Positions 1 to 12,889 of a stretch of 64,000 nucleotides of DNA are shown here, one piece after another. Position numbers and translations under genes: made by a program. Origin of the DNA: Podarcis tiliguerta (Eukaryota); NCBI GenBank assembly GCA_965153285.1, contig OZ229119.1; one strand, given 5' to 3'. Positions within the stretch are counted from its first letter, which is position 1. Each line of letters starts with the position of its first letter. The notes below the pieces were generated by a model. The model made no database searches. It had not been told where the DNA came from and saw only the letters and a list, made by a program, of their open reading frames with translations.

Positions 1-300
1 GCTATCATTTCTGCTCAAATAATATTAACTGATAATTCAAGAGAGAAATACATGAACTGCCAGATGAATAAGTAGGGAAACATAGAAAAGGACTTTTGAA
101 GCATGGTATTGGTAATTGCGTTAATCTTTTTTTACTTGATAAATATAGCTAGAATAATACAGCATGATCCTTCCATCCTTCCTTTTCTATTTTCACTCTC
201 TTATTAACTTTGCTGTCTGTGTCTTTCCAGTTCCTGTGGAGTGGTATTAATCAGTTGTGTTCTTGTTGGTGGTGTGCTGTTTTTTTTCTTTCTTGCTTTC

Positions 301-432
301 NNNNNNNNNNNNNNNNNNNNNNNNNNNNNNNNNNNNNNNNNNNNNNNNNNNNNNNNNNNNNNNNNNNNNNNNNNNNNNNNNNNNNNNNNNNNNNNNNNNN
401 NNNNNNNNNNNNNNNNNNNNNNNNNNNNNNNN
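301..432. other. Undetermined sequence (132 N) directly after a polypyrimidine tract
   Basis: N run 301-432, preceded by ...tgtgctgttttttttctttcttgctttc. Confidence 0.95.
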
Positions 433-599
433 TACTACATACGCTGACAGAAATTATGGCAGCTCAGTGAAGTCTTTTTAGAAAAATGGTAGCTTGTTAC
501 CAAGTTAATATTTCAAATTTTAATTATTTTTTATCTTGAAAATTTGCAAAATAATTTTCAGTTTCAGAATGTTAAACCCTACCATTAAATCAAATCTGA

Positions 600-790
600 T
601 TTAGTTTCTTGAGAGCCTCCCTCAGCCAACCCTTTGCACCCAGATATATCTAATGAGGTCATGCTCCATGTTCTGTCATTTGTGGAAGGGTCTCTTCTGT
701 GACATCTCCGTTAGAATGCCCTTCCCTGAGAGACAATGTTAACCTTTTGAAAGCAACCTAGGATCTTTTTGTCCCAACAGGCATTTGAGG
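600..790 (+). mobile_element. Degraded L2-type LINE 3' fragment
   Basis: Resembles the end of squamate L2 ORF2 (...tagaatgcccttccctgagag...tttgtcccaacaggcatttga); highly diverged. Confidence 0.35.
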
Positions 791-3700
791 ACCCGGGGAG
801 AATGTGGGTAGTTCTTGCTTCTGTTTGGGGGATTTTGAGAGATTTTTAAAAATGTATCATATCATTTCCATGTGAATTTCTTTATTTTTAAATGAGCCAA
901 AGTGCTGAAGAACAGAGTGGAAATATAGCAACTGCCAAATTACCAAGCCAAATTCTTTTGACATAATGGAAAGCCCCTTGCATGCTTCAAAGTAACAACA
1001 TTTTATAAAAATTACCATTTCATAACATTTTCCATTGGAAAGCCTAGAGACTGGCAGCCACCAGAGTCACATCTACAACCATGGTGTTATATTCTCTTGA
1101 TTTTCTGTCTTATAGGGAGGGGTGGGCAGAAGGGCATCCATTGGAAATTGTATGCTTTCTTAAAAATCCATAAACACATATTTTTTAAAGAAACACTTTA
1201 TGAAAATGTATAATGGAAATAAAAGAGAGGGATCAGATAGATCAGGGCCTAGGAAGTGCTATGTTCAGAAGTCTGAATGGTGAAGAAATACTTCTAGTGT
1301 ACTGGTCTATACCTGAATAATGTAACTGAGTTTGAGGTTGGTAGGTCTTATGGAGAAGAATACTGTTGCAAATGCTTTAGTTCCACAGTAATTTTGGAAG
1401 CACACACATGCAGCCCTTCCCATTTTGTAAGCGTGTGAATGGATGGATACAGGAATAAAAAGTTTGAATAACCTTTTGAATAACAAAAGTGTAATTAAAA
1501 CCAGCTTCTAGTGACAAGGTTCAAAATACACACAAACACACCAAAATTGAATCAGCAAATCCATATCATATTGCCAATATGGTAACAGTGTGAATGAACC
1601 TATGAAATTTAAAATGTTATAATTATTATTTTTTACTAATAGTAATTTAATTGTGTTAAAATTATTTGATCTCATTCCCTGTTTTATAAAATAACTTTAC
1701 ACTTAGTGGGCTGCCTATATTTAACTTCTGAACACTTCTGATCCTTGCTCTTAAAAAAAGTCAAAGATGTCATCCTGTGCCCACTAACCTTGAGAGTAAA
1801 CCCATTAAACACAAAAGTGACTTACTTCTAGGTAGGCATTTATACTACTGCACTATAAGTTAACCATACAATGAATTCTTAATGAATGCCTGGATTTCAG
1901 CTCCTACACAGCAAGCAACGTGCCTAATCATCTTTGCATTTGCTATTTGGCAGGGGCAGGAGGGTACTTTAACACCCACCCACACTTATCGTGTTATATG
2001 TAGTGTTTGCATAAAATAGCTTCTAATGAGTGCCTGATCTCAGATGAACCCATCATAGGAAATAGGAGTCCTCGTTGCTAGAAAGTAAAGGACAAACTAC
2101 AGAGATTTCAAGGATTAGAAATAAGTCAGAAACAGGAAATAAATGTGAACTAAAGAGAGAAAAGCAGCAACTATTCAGGATTCTGGGGATTCCCAAATCC
2201 TGATGTCCAAAAAAAGCACGCATGAGTCAAAGGGTCACCTTCACTCATTAGCTGAATTCACTGAAAGCAAGAGCAATCATGTTGGCTCATCTCACAGAAA
2301 TTGCTTAGAAGGTTGCCTACACATTTTGCTTTCTTACATTCAGGAAGGTTAGAGACTTAACTTTTTTAAAAAATGAAAGCTCAGAGTCTGGATCCCCTGG
2401 TAGTGTGAGCCAATTGCACAATTCTAATCTGGCCATGGCTAATGTCCTGAGCTTCCTGATCAGAGCTTGTTCTCTTTTGTTTATCTAGACTTTCAGGATA
2501 TGTCAGCTGGCTCTCCGAATAATACTGATTTAGTAGTTGATAAATCTAGAATTCTAATATTTCTTATTGTTTTGATTAAATGAATAAGCAAGTAAAAGAT
2601 ATTTGAAAAGAAACCCATTTATTGTTTTCAGTTTATTCTTAATATTTATCCTATATGAGCTCTGTAAACTGCTTTAATCTCTTAAGAAGCCCCACAGGGG
2701 GCCACTGGTCTGGAACTGGAGTAGGGTAGCTGAGTTTTGAAAGCAAACTTAGAAAGCTTGCTTAAAAGTGTAATTTAGATGGTAGATAGCCCAAGGTCTA
2801 ATTGACCTTGGCAGCATTACAGAAATAACTTGGTGTAAACATTAACGGTCCTTGAACAATTTTTTCCAATCTATTAGACACCACAGAGTTTTTCACTGTG
2901 ATGTTATCTTATTCTTCTGTCTTCATTTTATTTATTTTTTTGCAATGACTGTGTTAACTTTTGAGGAACAGTCTTATCTCCAGCTTATATTCCCCTTATA
3001 TCCAGCTTTTAAATGTTAAGCATACACTGCCGTTAAAAATCGTTTGGTCTTTGCATCATGCAACTACAATTTAACTTTCCTTATATGAAGTTACTGTAGC
3101 TCTCATTTTCATTAGTAATCTTCTCCCCTTGGAAATTGATGTTCATTTGGGATGTAGTGTTGCGGGTTGTTCAGCGAGCCCTAAGCCTTGTTGCTGTCAT
3201 GAAGCATCTGTCATTAGCCACAGGATCATCACCTTCACTTCAATTGTGAGGTCACTTAATGTTGGCAGTTAAAGCGGTTACCCATGATTCATGGTGGCAT
3301 ATGTGTCTATTAAGTTTATGGTTTATCCAATACAGTGAGTTCACAGTGATTTCACTGAGTATCAGAAAGAAGCCCTTCAATCTGGAAGTACTATGTAGAA
3401 TTTTATTTTCTGGAAATGGATCAGGATCGAAAAATGCAAGGGAGGGAGTAAGAGCAGAGGGGCTCTTTTTGAATGTTGAATGATATCATCTGATTAAAAA
3501 AAATATTTTATCTGATTAAAATATTTTTTGATGGAAACTCCCTTTAAAAACAGTTGGCCTTGTTTCTTGGAGGATATATTTCCTTTTCAGGATCCTGAAT
3601 ACAGATGATATAGCCTAGTCTAGGTTTATGGTGTTGTTGGTAAAGCACTCAGACCTGAAGAGCTGTTGTATTATCACTCAGGTACATGTTAGTTGCTGAT

Positions 3701-6337
3701 TTTCTCTTTTCTGGCTGTAACTCTGGCTGTCCCATCAGATGCCTGCAGGAGCAACTTTTTGTAATATGTGATGGACTTTAGTCAAAGGGATGTATGGAAC
3801 AAGCTTTGGGGAAGTGAATATGTGTCTACATGGCCCCTTTGATTTCCTGACCTCATGTTAATTAATATACATCAAGGACAATATGAGAGAGAGTGAATCA
3901 CAAATCAGCTTTGACAGATTAATAGTTCTGGACCTTTTGTTCCCAAAATGTAGAATGAAAAAACCATGACTTACCTTTAATTTGTTTTTTGGGAGTCTAA
4001 ACAAGAAATAAATTAACAGCACAAACCTATACAGGTTTACTCAGTTGTCCAGTTTGTGCAAGGACTTTTATTGGTGCAGTAGAACTTCCCCTCCCTCTTT
4101 TCCCTCTGTGCAGCCCCCAAATCTGTTCTAGCAGTTCCTCCATCCCTCTGGACCAGATTTGGGTGCATGCAGGAGGAGAGGCGAGGGAGCAGAAGTTCTA
4201 ACATGTAAATCCATGTGTGAACAGGATGACTTCATTTTGTCAATCAAACCAACCCTAAGGCCCACTGAGTTCATTGAGTTAAGTGGGTATACAGTTTTAG
4301 GATATGCATTTAAAATAATGGGTAAATAATAACTGACTCCTTCTTGTTAACTGTCTTAATATTGTCTTATTCAAAAGAGTTTTCAGATGGTTTTATCTAG
4401 TTTTTTTTTTTACTAGAAAGCATTCACAGGTTGTTGTTTTTTAAATGTAATTCCCTCTTTCCCCAAGGCTTATGCATAGTTGGGGTTGCCACCAGAGTTC
4501 TGTGCAGGATATATGATTTGAGAATGTTACAGTTTCAGTTGTAATTTGAAACTGCTATGAACGTGTACATTTCATGGGCTATTTTCCAAATATCTTGCAG
4601 CAAATATAACTTACAGTGATGGCTAGACTTCCAGAATGATAGTGTTACTCTTTCACAGAAAAACAAAATTTTGTGGCATCTTAAAAACCTGCAACTTTTA
4701 TGGCATAAAAGTGCAACAGGAGCTGGCTTCTAGTCCACAGAAGCTTATGTGTTGTTTTTAAGGTGCCTCAAGATTCCTGGTTGATTGTGTTGGATATACA
4801 CATCTTAGTAGCTTTTTGTTGGTTCATTTTAATAGCATTGAGTTGTCTCCAACCATCTTGTTCTGTTAGTGCAAAGACTTCCCCTTGTGCAGCAGAACTT
4901 TCCCTTGCTCTCCTCTCCCGCTGTGATCCACCCACCTCCCCCAAAACAGATCTGAGAGGGAAGAGAGCAAGGGAATTTCTGATGCACAAATGGAAGTCTT
5001 TAGTTTCTCTTCAGATTGCAGACATATTCCACCCTTAAAAAAACCAAGTATATAGGGCCCACATACTTTATCTTTTATGCAATTAAATTTGGGAATAATT
5101 TTTCTGTTAGCCTCTAAAATTATTCTAATGCATAAGAACCTTCAGAAAACTTTTGAAGCAGCCTCCTACAGAAGCTTCATATATACTTTATTGTAGATCT
5201 GTCTCTACGACCATAATGGCTGAACTGCAACATTTTTCAATGCTAAATGTCCCTGTGAATCTCTGCATTGTTGGCACAAGAAGAAGTAGATTGTTTTAAG
5301 ATTGCTTACTGTAGCTTGCTTATTCCAGCTAATACTGGTAGTAGCAAGCCAGTAATATCTGATATAATGTTGAAGAACGTGCTGCTAGCAGGCTGCCTGA
5401 CTGTTAGTGGGATTAATAACTTCATAATAGAGCAATTCATACTTGATTCTCATCCAGTTGAACACTTGCTTAACCTGGCTTATCATTCATCTCTTAACTT
5501 GGAACGTACAGCTGATGAGAATCAGTCAGCAGCCACCTTTTCGTTATGTAGGTCCCTTTGCTCTGTCCAGAATAGTATTTTGAAACAAGCAAAGCTTGAG
5601 AAACATTGGCAAGGGTTGTATAATAGCCCTAGGTTAAAATGACCAAGAGAGGTTTTCACTATATACTTACTGGGCACATTGACCTCTTAGAAGCTTCTAA
5701 CGAAGAGTCAGCCCTGCTGGCCACCAAAGACTAAATAGCAGAGCCATTGATTATATAGGGTTGTCTACCCGTGTGGACAGGAAACAGCATATTGAGGGGA
5801 CGGGGGACTACAGGCTGTTCTAGGTATGATGCTCTAATGTAGGCATGATGGACCACAGGTTGACTCAAAATAGTTTCTGTGTTTTAGTGTGATTGATTAA
5901 ACCAGCTTGGCATCGGAGCTACTCAACTTTATGGCCAAATGGGATAATGTAATACATGTTCATTGAATTGTATTGCAGTCTCTTTCCTCTAGTAACAGGA
6001 TTGTAGCAGAGATATTTTCTGTGTATCCATGTGAGATGCTGCTTTGGACATTTGCAGTGTTTGCCTAGAGCTTAGATACTTTGCTATTCTTCAAGATACC
6101 AAGCTTACCACTAGGTTTGAAATAGGCATGGAAAGTGCCAGGGCAAGTGATGCACATTAAGGTAAAATATCCTAATTTCACATAGATTCTAAGGAGGTCT
6201 GAAAAGGCAATGAACACCAGAACATCACTGGGGCATGTGATGTGCTGCTGCGGTTTTGGAAATGCCTGTCATGGCCAGGCAATTCACCACAATTCACCAC
6301 AATAGGGGATCTTTTGCAAAAAATCCTCCAAAGCTAT

Positions 6338-6342
<5 letters not shown>

Positions 6343-6371
<29 letters not shown>
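6343..6371. repeat. (AC)n microsatellite
   Basis: acacacac... run seen directly. Confidence 0.95.
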
Positions 6372-6374
<3 letters not shown>

Positions 6375-6431
6375 TAGGAAATTGCTATAAAGAGTTATTT
6401 AGCGAGCTGTGATAAAATGTAGTTCTAGTGC

Positions 6432-6463
<32 letters not shown>

Positions 6464-6675
6464 CCAACTATGACTACATTTTGTGGCTACTATTCAACTA
6501 AGTTTTACATCAAATAGACGCATTGAAATGAATGGACATGACTAAGGTAGACCCATTAATTTTAATAGGTATACTTTGAGTAAAAGGTATTGGAATAGCA
6601 TGCTGAGTTCTTATCCATCTATCCATCCTTCAGGGAAGTCTGATGTTTTATTGTTTTTTTATAATATCATTAATT

Positions 6676-6734
6676 CTGTTGGAAGCCGCCCAGAGTGGCT
6701 GGGGAAACCCAGTCAGATGGGCGTGGCATAAATA

Positions 6735-6784
<50 letters not shown>
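6676..6784 (+). mobile_element. LINE 3' terminus (L2-like) with (TTA)n microsatellite tail
   Basis: gccgcccagagtggctggggaaacccagtcagatgggcgtggcataaat followed by about 16 TTA units. The tail produces the poly-L and poly-N spurious ORFs. Confidence 0.65.
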
Positions 6785-7806
6785 GTTGTATTCACCAGAA
6801 GGTCCCAGTGTAGATTTCTGTATACAAAAATGAAAACAGTACCAACCCATAACACAATCTGTGTTTTCAAATGCAAACTGGAAGATAATGCATGTTGGAT
6901 CATCTGGGCAGTACAGGGAACTAACAACTTACATGTGTTTAAATTGTGTACATTTAGCTTTATGCGCTTGCCCAAAATAAAAATAAAAAAATGGAAAGGG
7001 GGGCAGGTGCCTGGGAGAAAAAAGGCAGTCCCACCCACTATTGAAACCAATGTGTTTTGATTGTATATGATTCCTCTCTCTTTTTTTAAAAAAAATCTCA
7101 GATGGTACTGTAAGAGATGATTATCCTTTTTCATAGAAACTTCCATTCAGAACTGCCAGTGCCACCAGCAGAATTTTTTTTTAAAAAATCCATTGAGTTT
7201 TAAGTATAGGCTAGGATCTTATTTGCTTTTCAGGGTTGATTCCTGAAAATAAAGAAACAGGAGTAAGGAAGCATTTTGAGCACAACTGTCTTAGTAATAC
7301 TTGGGGTTTGTGTTAATGCAATATTTCTCTCTTTACATTTTCAAGTTGGGGTACTCGGGTGGATTTGCCCTTTCAATAGTCTTAATCATATCATACAGGC
7401 TGCAATTAAAGCATATTAATTAGTCCTGGTAAATTATTTCACTTATTTCTGACAGAACTTAATTTAAGGGCATGGAGCCAATGTGCAAGTCTAAAATCAC
7501 ACCAGGAGAAGGCTCATTGGACTACAGCTAACTTGTTAGAAGCAACAATTTTTCAGCTGGAGTGTCCCATTACTGCTCTACTAATCATTATCCTCCAACA
7601 CCGTATCTATTTGTAGGAACTAAAATATTGATTGAACCCTGCAAGATTCTTGTAATTTCAGTGAAAGATTCAAAAGCAGCAGAATTTTGTACAGATCTTC
7701 TGCTCAAAAGTTTTTAGGGAATCCTTGCTAAACTTACTTGAATAGATTTTTGCTAGAAAAGCTTGTGATTGAGTGCTCTGTATGCTTGCCTTTTGCTTTC
7801 ACCTAG

Positions 7807-7839
7807 ACTCCAGGGCCATTACTTTCTGTAACCATTTCA
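7807..7839 (+). CDS. Candidate 33-nt in-frame cassette microexon of C2CD5 (DSRAITFCNHF)
   Basis: Acceptor gtgctctgtatgcttgccttttgctttcacctag, donor TCA|gtgagc. No stop in the phase-1 frame required by the next exon. Confidence 0.5.
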
Positions 7840-10476
7840 GTGAGCTGCCATAGTTTTCAGTCTGTACTGTCACCTGATCCAAGCATGCGCCAAAATACCC
7901 ACCGTTTCTGGCTCCTGTCTGCTGAATCTGCTTTGCAAACCCTTAGTTTTTTAAGCTTTTGCTTTAGCCGGAACAAACAGGCGGCACCCTTCTGGAGTGT
8001 GCTGGACCCATGCCATCCTGCTCCCCCCCAACTCCTCTATTGTTTATGTAAATCCTTAGCTTTACGTAAATGTGTAAATGCTCTGATGGCATCCCCATGT
8101 GAAATTGTGTGGCTCGTGTAAAAAAAAAAAAATACATGTCAGAAAAAATAGAATGCTCCACATTGCACTGCATTCCAGTGTTTTGTATGAACTATTCTTG
8201 CCATGTTGTGGTGTATTGATTTTTATTTATTTATTAAAGTCATTTTTATCTTTTTACATGCAAGGTAAGTTTGCATATATTGTGTGTGAATATGCATTGC
8301 ATTTTGTATATATACAAAGTTCTTTGGTTAATTTTAATAGATGTTGCGGAAGAGAAATTCATTTCTTTTTTACCTTTTTAATTAAATTATGTATGAGAGG
8401 AGAAACTTTGTAGTTTGGCATGTGGTTTTTCTGGATGCAGTGGAGCTGGTCCTGCTCCCATACACTACCAGTTAAGTGATCCTCATAGTTCTTCTCTGCT
8501 AAAAGCTAGTTAGCTTGCGGGGGGGGGGGGGGGGATATTGGTTTGGCCATTTGTTATTGGATTCCACGTGGCGGTATACCACATGGCGTTTCACCGTGAT
8601 CTCACAATGTTCTTTGCATTTTTAGGTCTGGTTTTTAGCCATTGAGTGGTTTTAACTCAGTGACCTTTCAGTAGCTGGTGCTAGTCAAACAGTTACAGTG
8701 AGCAAGCGTTCACTATTGAGAAGATACTACAATCAAATAACACACATGAATGGAGCTCATCAGGATTTAGTAATGTAAAGGTAGCAGGAATAGGAGATAA
8801 CTTGTTTTTAAACTCTGTGAGCTACAGAATCCCACTTGTTAGCAGAAAGAAACAGGATGAGTCTAGGGATCTAGTCTAGGGATCCTTTGACAGTGTTTCT
8901 GCCTCTTTCTTTTGAGCATTTCCTTTTTTTTACCACTCTGACCTTTTTTAACCATGTTTGCAATTTTCATATATTGCTTGTGTTTTGATTTTTTTTGCTT
9001 GCCTTGTTATCTTCCCCACCCTCCCTCTCTCTTGTCTCATCTTCTCTGACTTGCTTTTCTGAACTTTCATTCAAACTTACTTATTTAGAAGGTTAAGCAA
9101 TACTATCAGTAACTACATATGTTATATATGTTGAGACACGGTTCCAACACAAAAGAGTGATGACACTTAGATTTTTAGAGTAATTATCTTAATGTTTTCT
9201 TATCATGGATCATTGTATAACTTAGGAAAAGCTGGTTTTTTCCCTTTTCCTTCTTTTAAATAGCTTGTTTTTAGAAATATATTTTCTCAGTTTCAAGGCA
9301 TGCTTAAGGAACTATGAAATCTCAGTTTTATTACCAAAAAGCAGTTTCTCATGCTACATTCTAAGAGTGCTTTTGGGATTACCACAAGTTTCAAAAATGC
9401 CTAGTCAAGCAGTGCAGGGGGCTGCCATTGGCAAGAGAAAAGCATTGAAAAAACTCCAAGGAGTTTGCTTCCCACTCCTCTGGACTGTTGCCTGGGTTCT
9501 CCACATACAGAATTTGAAGCTTGTGGTGTAAGATTTGGATGAACATTTTCCCCATCAGACTCCATTTGTGCCTAGAAAGGTATTTGAGTGAGCTATTCAC
9601 TTTCCATTGTAGGAGTCTGGCCTGGTTTAGTTTTTGTCCTAAAAAGACCCCATCCACTTGAATAACTGATCCTCAGGCTCTGATGTCTGGATAGAGTCTT
9701 AAGTCTGCCCTTGACTGGAGAATAGGAAAGAAATGGAAACAGCCAAAGAAGTGGATGCACCTTGTAAATCTGTTTGCCTGCCTGTGATCCACTATGGCAG
9801 AAACTAATAGAAAGTAATAGAATCCTAGGTTTAATAGAAATTAATAGAATGCTCCAAATTTCATTCTGGGAGATAAAAACAGGAGTTACAGATATATGAT
9901 TACTTCTACACTTTTTAGTAGCTGATGGACTGATCTCACTATGCTGGCAAATGCATTTTTGCTTTACCAACACAGTACCACAGAATGCCAGTGATGTAAC
10001 ACCAGTATTGTTGGAGATATTAACTATAGGCATGTACACCAGCGTGGGTGTTTAAGATGCAGATTAAATAGTTTAAAGAGTCATATCTTTAAACGGTGGA
10101 CAACTATTTCTTCTGAAGCATCTAGCTTTTGGTTCCCACCTGGTCCTGGCTTCTTCTCAGTGTGGTAAGGGTTAAGCAGGTTGTTGTCTGGACCCAGGGA
10201 TAGCCTTAACATTAGACAGAACGAGGCAGCCATCTTACAAAGTAGATGCTGATGAGCAGCAATGAGGTGCTAGAGGACACAGCTATGAGTTCCATGCTTC
10301 CTAAGCCAGCCGACTTCCCTCAGGTGTAATGGAGAATGCTATTTTGCCTCCAGTGTTAAAGTAATATCCAGCTTCCATTCTGGTCAGCTTCTGTACATGG
10401 AGTGTATGGAGTACCATCTTGTCATTTGCCTCAGGCAGCAAAATGTCTTGGGTCAGCCCTGTCTGGAAGTAAACTA

Positions 10477-10719
10477 CAGTCGTAGCTTGGATCCCAAATG
10501 CCTTGCAAGTCAAACGTTTTGGCTCTTGAACGCCGCAAACCCGGAAGTGAGTGCACTGGTTTGCAAACGTTCTTTGGAACCCGAACATCCAACGCGGCTT
10601 CCGATTGGCTGCAGGAGCTTTCTGCAGCCAATCAAAAGCCGTGCCTTGGTTTTTCCAAACGTTTTGGAAGTCAAATGGACTTCCGGAACGGATTGCATTC
10701 GACTTCCAAGGTACAACTG
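10477..10719. mobile_element. Tc1/mariner (pogo/Tigger-like) MITE
   Basis: TA|cagtcgtagcttgg ... ccaaggtacaactg|TA: terminal inverted repeats, TA target duplication and internal palindrome gattggctgcagga..tctgcagccaatc. Confidence 0.85.
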
Positions 10720-11158
10720 TATCTTGATTCATTACTGGATATCCTTATGCTCTTTAGAAGGCATGCCCATTTGAGTATTGACAATTCTTATTCTCCATGA
10801 CCATCAGTGGTGGTTGAGGGGATGCGGGGAGCTGGAGTTCAGGAACACCTAGGGGGCTGAAGGTCTTACATGGTTAGCTGCTAGCCTTCCATTTTGTGGG
10901 AGGCCTTGAGCCAAGCCCCACCACCATCACCCAAGATTTCCCTCGAGCTGCCAGTTTTTCAGCCCTAATTTATAGCAGTATGCTTTGTATTTTGAGTTTA
11001 GTCACTGCATGCTTTTTTAAAAAGGCAGGGCCAGCCACACTTAGAATAAATATGGCTGTATGATGATATGGTTGTCATTATGGAGTCAGTGAAACTCATA
11101 AATGCATTCATTTTATTTCTCTTTATGGTGACCTCTTCTGAAATTGTGTTATGGAAAG

Positions 11159-11188
11159 GGAGTCCCCAAAGCCCTCTCTCCTTTATAA
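11159..11188 (+). CDS. Candidate 30-nt in-frame cassette microexon of C2CD5 (GSPQSPLSFI)
   Basis: First AG after an AG-free stretch of about 67 nt, donor TAA|gtaagc, open in phase 1. The acceptor (ggaaag) is weak. Confidence 0.3.
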   Translation, partial: GVPKALSPL

Positions 11189-12262
11189 GTAAGCTTTCAC
11201 AGTACATAGTAAGTCATTTTTGTTTGTTTTTTTGTTTATTTGCTTGTGTGTGTGCTTGCTGCTGAATGCATTTCTTTCTTCTTAATTAGCAAGTCCTGCT
11301 CTTAAACACATTTTTCTTGAGAATTAAAATTGCTTTTGGATTTTTGGTTGTGTTGGGCTCCATAATAACCTCCACAAATATTTCTGCTGGTGCATGTGTA
11401 AGCCATTTGAAAAATAAATGAATTAAAGATTCTTGCTCTGAACACCCTGCTTGTGAGTAAATTCTGTTTGCAATCATTGGAACCCACTTCCAAGTAAATC
11501 TGTTTTAAGACCAGGGTGCAAAAACAAGGTTTACCTTCAGTGCATCCTCACAAACGTGTCATTTATGGTTACAGTGTTAACAAAATTGTTCTTTAAAATG
11601 AATGTTATACCTTGAGTTTTTGATTCATTTAATAAATGCCATTTACTAGTGTAAGAGAACACCTTTCCCTTTTTGGTTGCAGCAGCAATAGGCTGTGTGT
11701 CTCATTTGCTTATTTTTTGGTTGTCATATCAGTATGAAAACACAGACTGGTAGCGAAAGAATGGCTTAACTGTAAACTATGCCATATTCCACATTGCTTT
11801 TGAAATAGTTTAAAACTTTTTCAATAGAAAAAAAAGTTGTATCAGTTTGCTATCATGGTTAGATATGCTCCAGGAAAGTTATTAAAAGAAAATACCTGGT
11901 GGAAATTATTAAGCATGAGACCATTTGCAAGTAAAACAAAACAAAATAAAATTCATGCCTTTTTGAGACCTCTTTCCCAATAAAACACTATAATTGCCCA
12001 TAAATCATTGGGGTTAGCAAGACTTCACTATGTAAAGTGTGAAAACTGATTCCACCGTTTAAACTTAAAAAGTGCCATTAACACACATATACTTAGGCAA
12101 ATGTTATAATTACATTATAACGGTGCAGTGATAATGAGTGGTGAACTTCTGGTAACAACAAATAATTGTTTTATGTTGTTTTTCGTGTATACTGCTTAGG
12201 TTTTTAAAATAATAATAATAATAATAATAATAGGTTTATAATTTATTCTAAATTAATAACGG

Positions 12263-12347
12263 GGCAATCCTAACCATGTCTGCTCAGAAGTAAGTTCTAT
12301 TGAATTCAATAGGTCTTACTCCCAGGTAAGTGAGGCTAGTATTGCAG
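12263..12347. mobile_element. Short fold-back (palindromic) interspersed repeat; related copies near 1775, 4020-4300, 6490, 19509, 37105 and 59630
   Basis: gcaatcct...agtaagttctattgaattcaataggtcttact...attgc imperfect palindrome recurring in the window. Confidence 0.6.
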
Positions 12348-12889
12348 ACTTTGTAACCATAGTGCATGATAACTGAGCAGCCTGAGCAGAAAGCACCACT
12401 TTTCACAACTCGTAAGAGTAGGCCAGACAAATGATTTACCAGTTCTGAGACTGCCATCTAGATGCCCCAAGCAAGCTAGCTACATATCTAGACTTAGAGC
12501 AGAGGTTGATGAACTTTAGAATTAGATCAGCCACAAGGGGATTTTTCAGGATACTCACACTACAGTGGGTTGTTCAGTTTCCAGACATAAGCAGTGAGTG
12601 TCCACCATATATTTAAGCACCATCAGCCACAGTTTAATCATGCATGTGGAACTGTATATGAAAACAATCTGGTCACAGGCATCTATGCCTCCTTTAATTT
12701 AATACATTACAGAATGGTCTCAAGCTTAAAATTCCGATCTGAGAGTACTACATAGTTAGCCTATGACTGAAAAGTGTCAAATCTTCTTGAAAGCCCAAAT
12801 ATGTTGCTGTTGACACTTCAGGATTTGTGGGCAAGGAACTTGGGGAGAATTTCTGGTTTGTTTGTTTTTTCAGTGAGCCACCCAGAGTC

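Noticed and set aside
6670-7146. ORFs with poly-N and poly-L tracts
   Set aside because: Translation of the (TTA)n microsatellite
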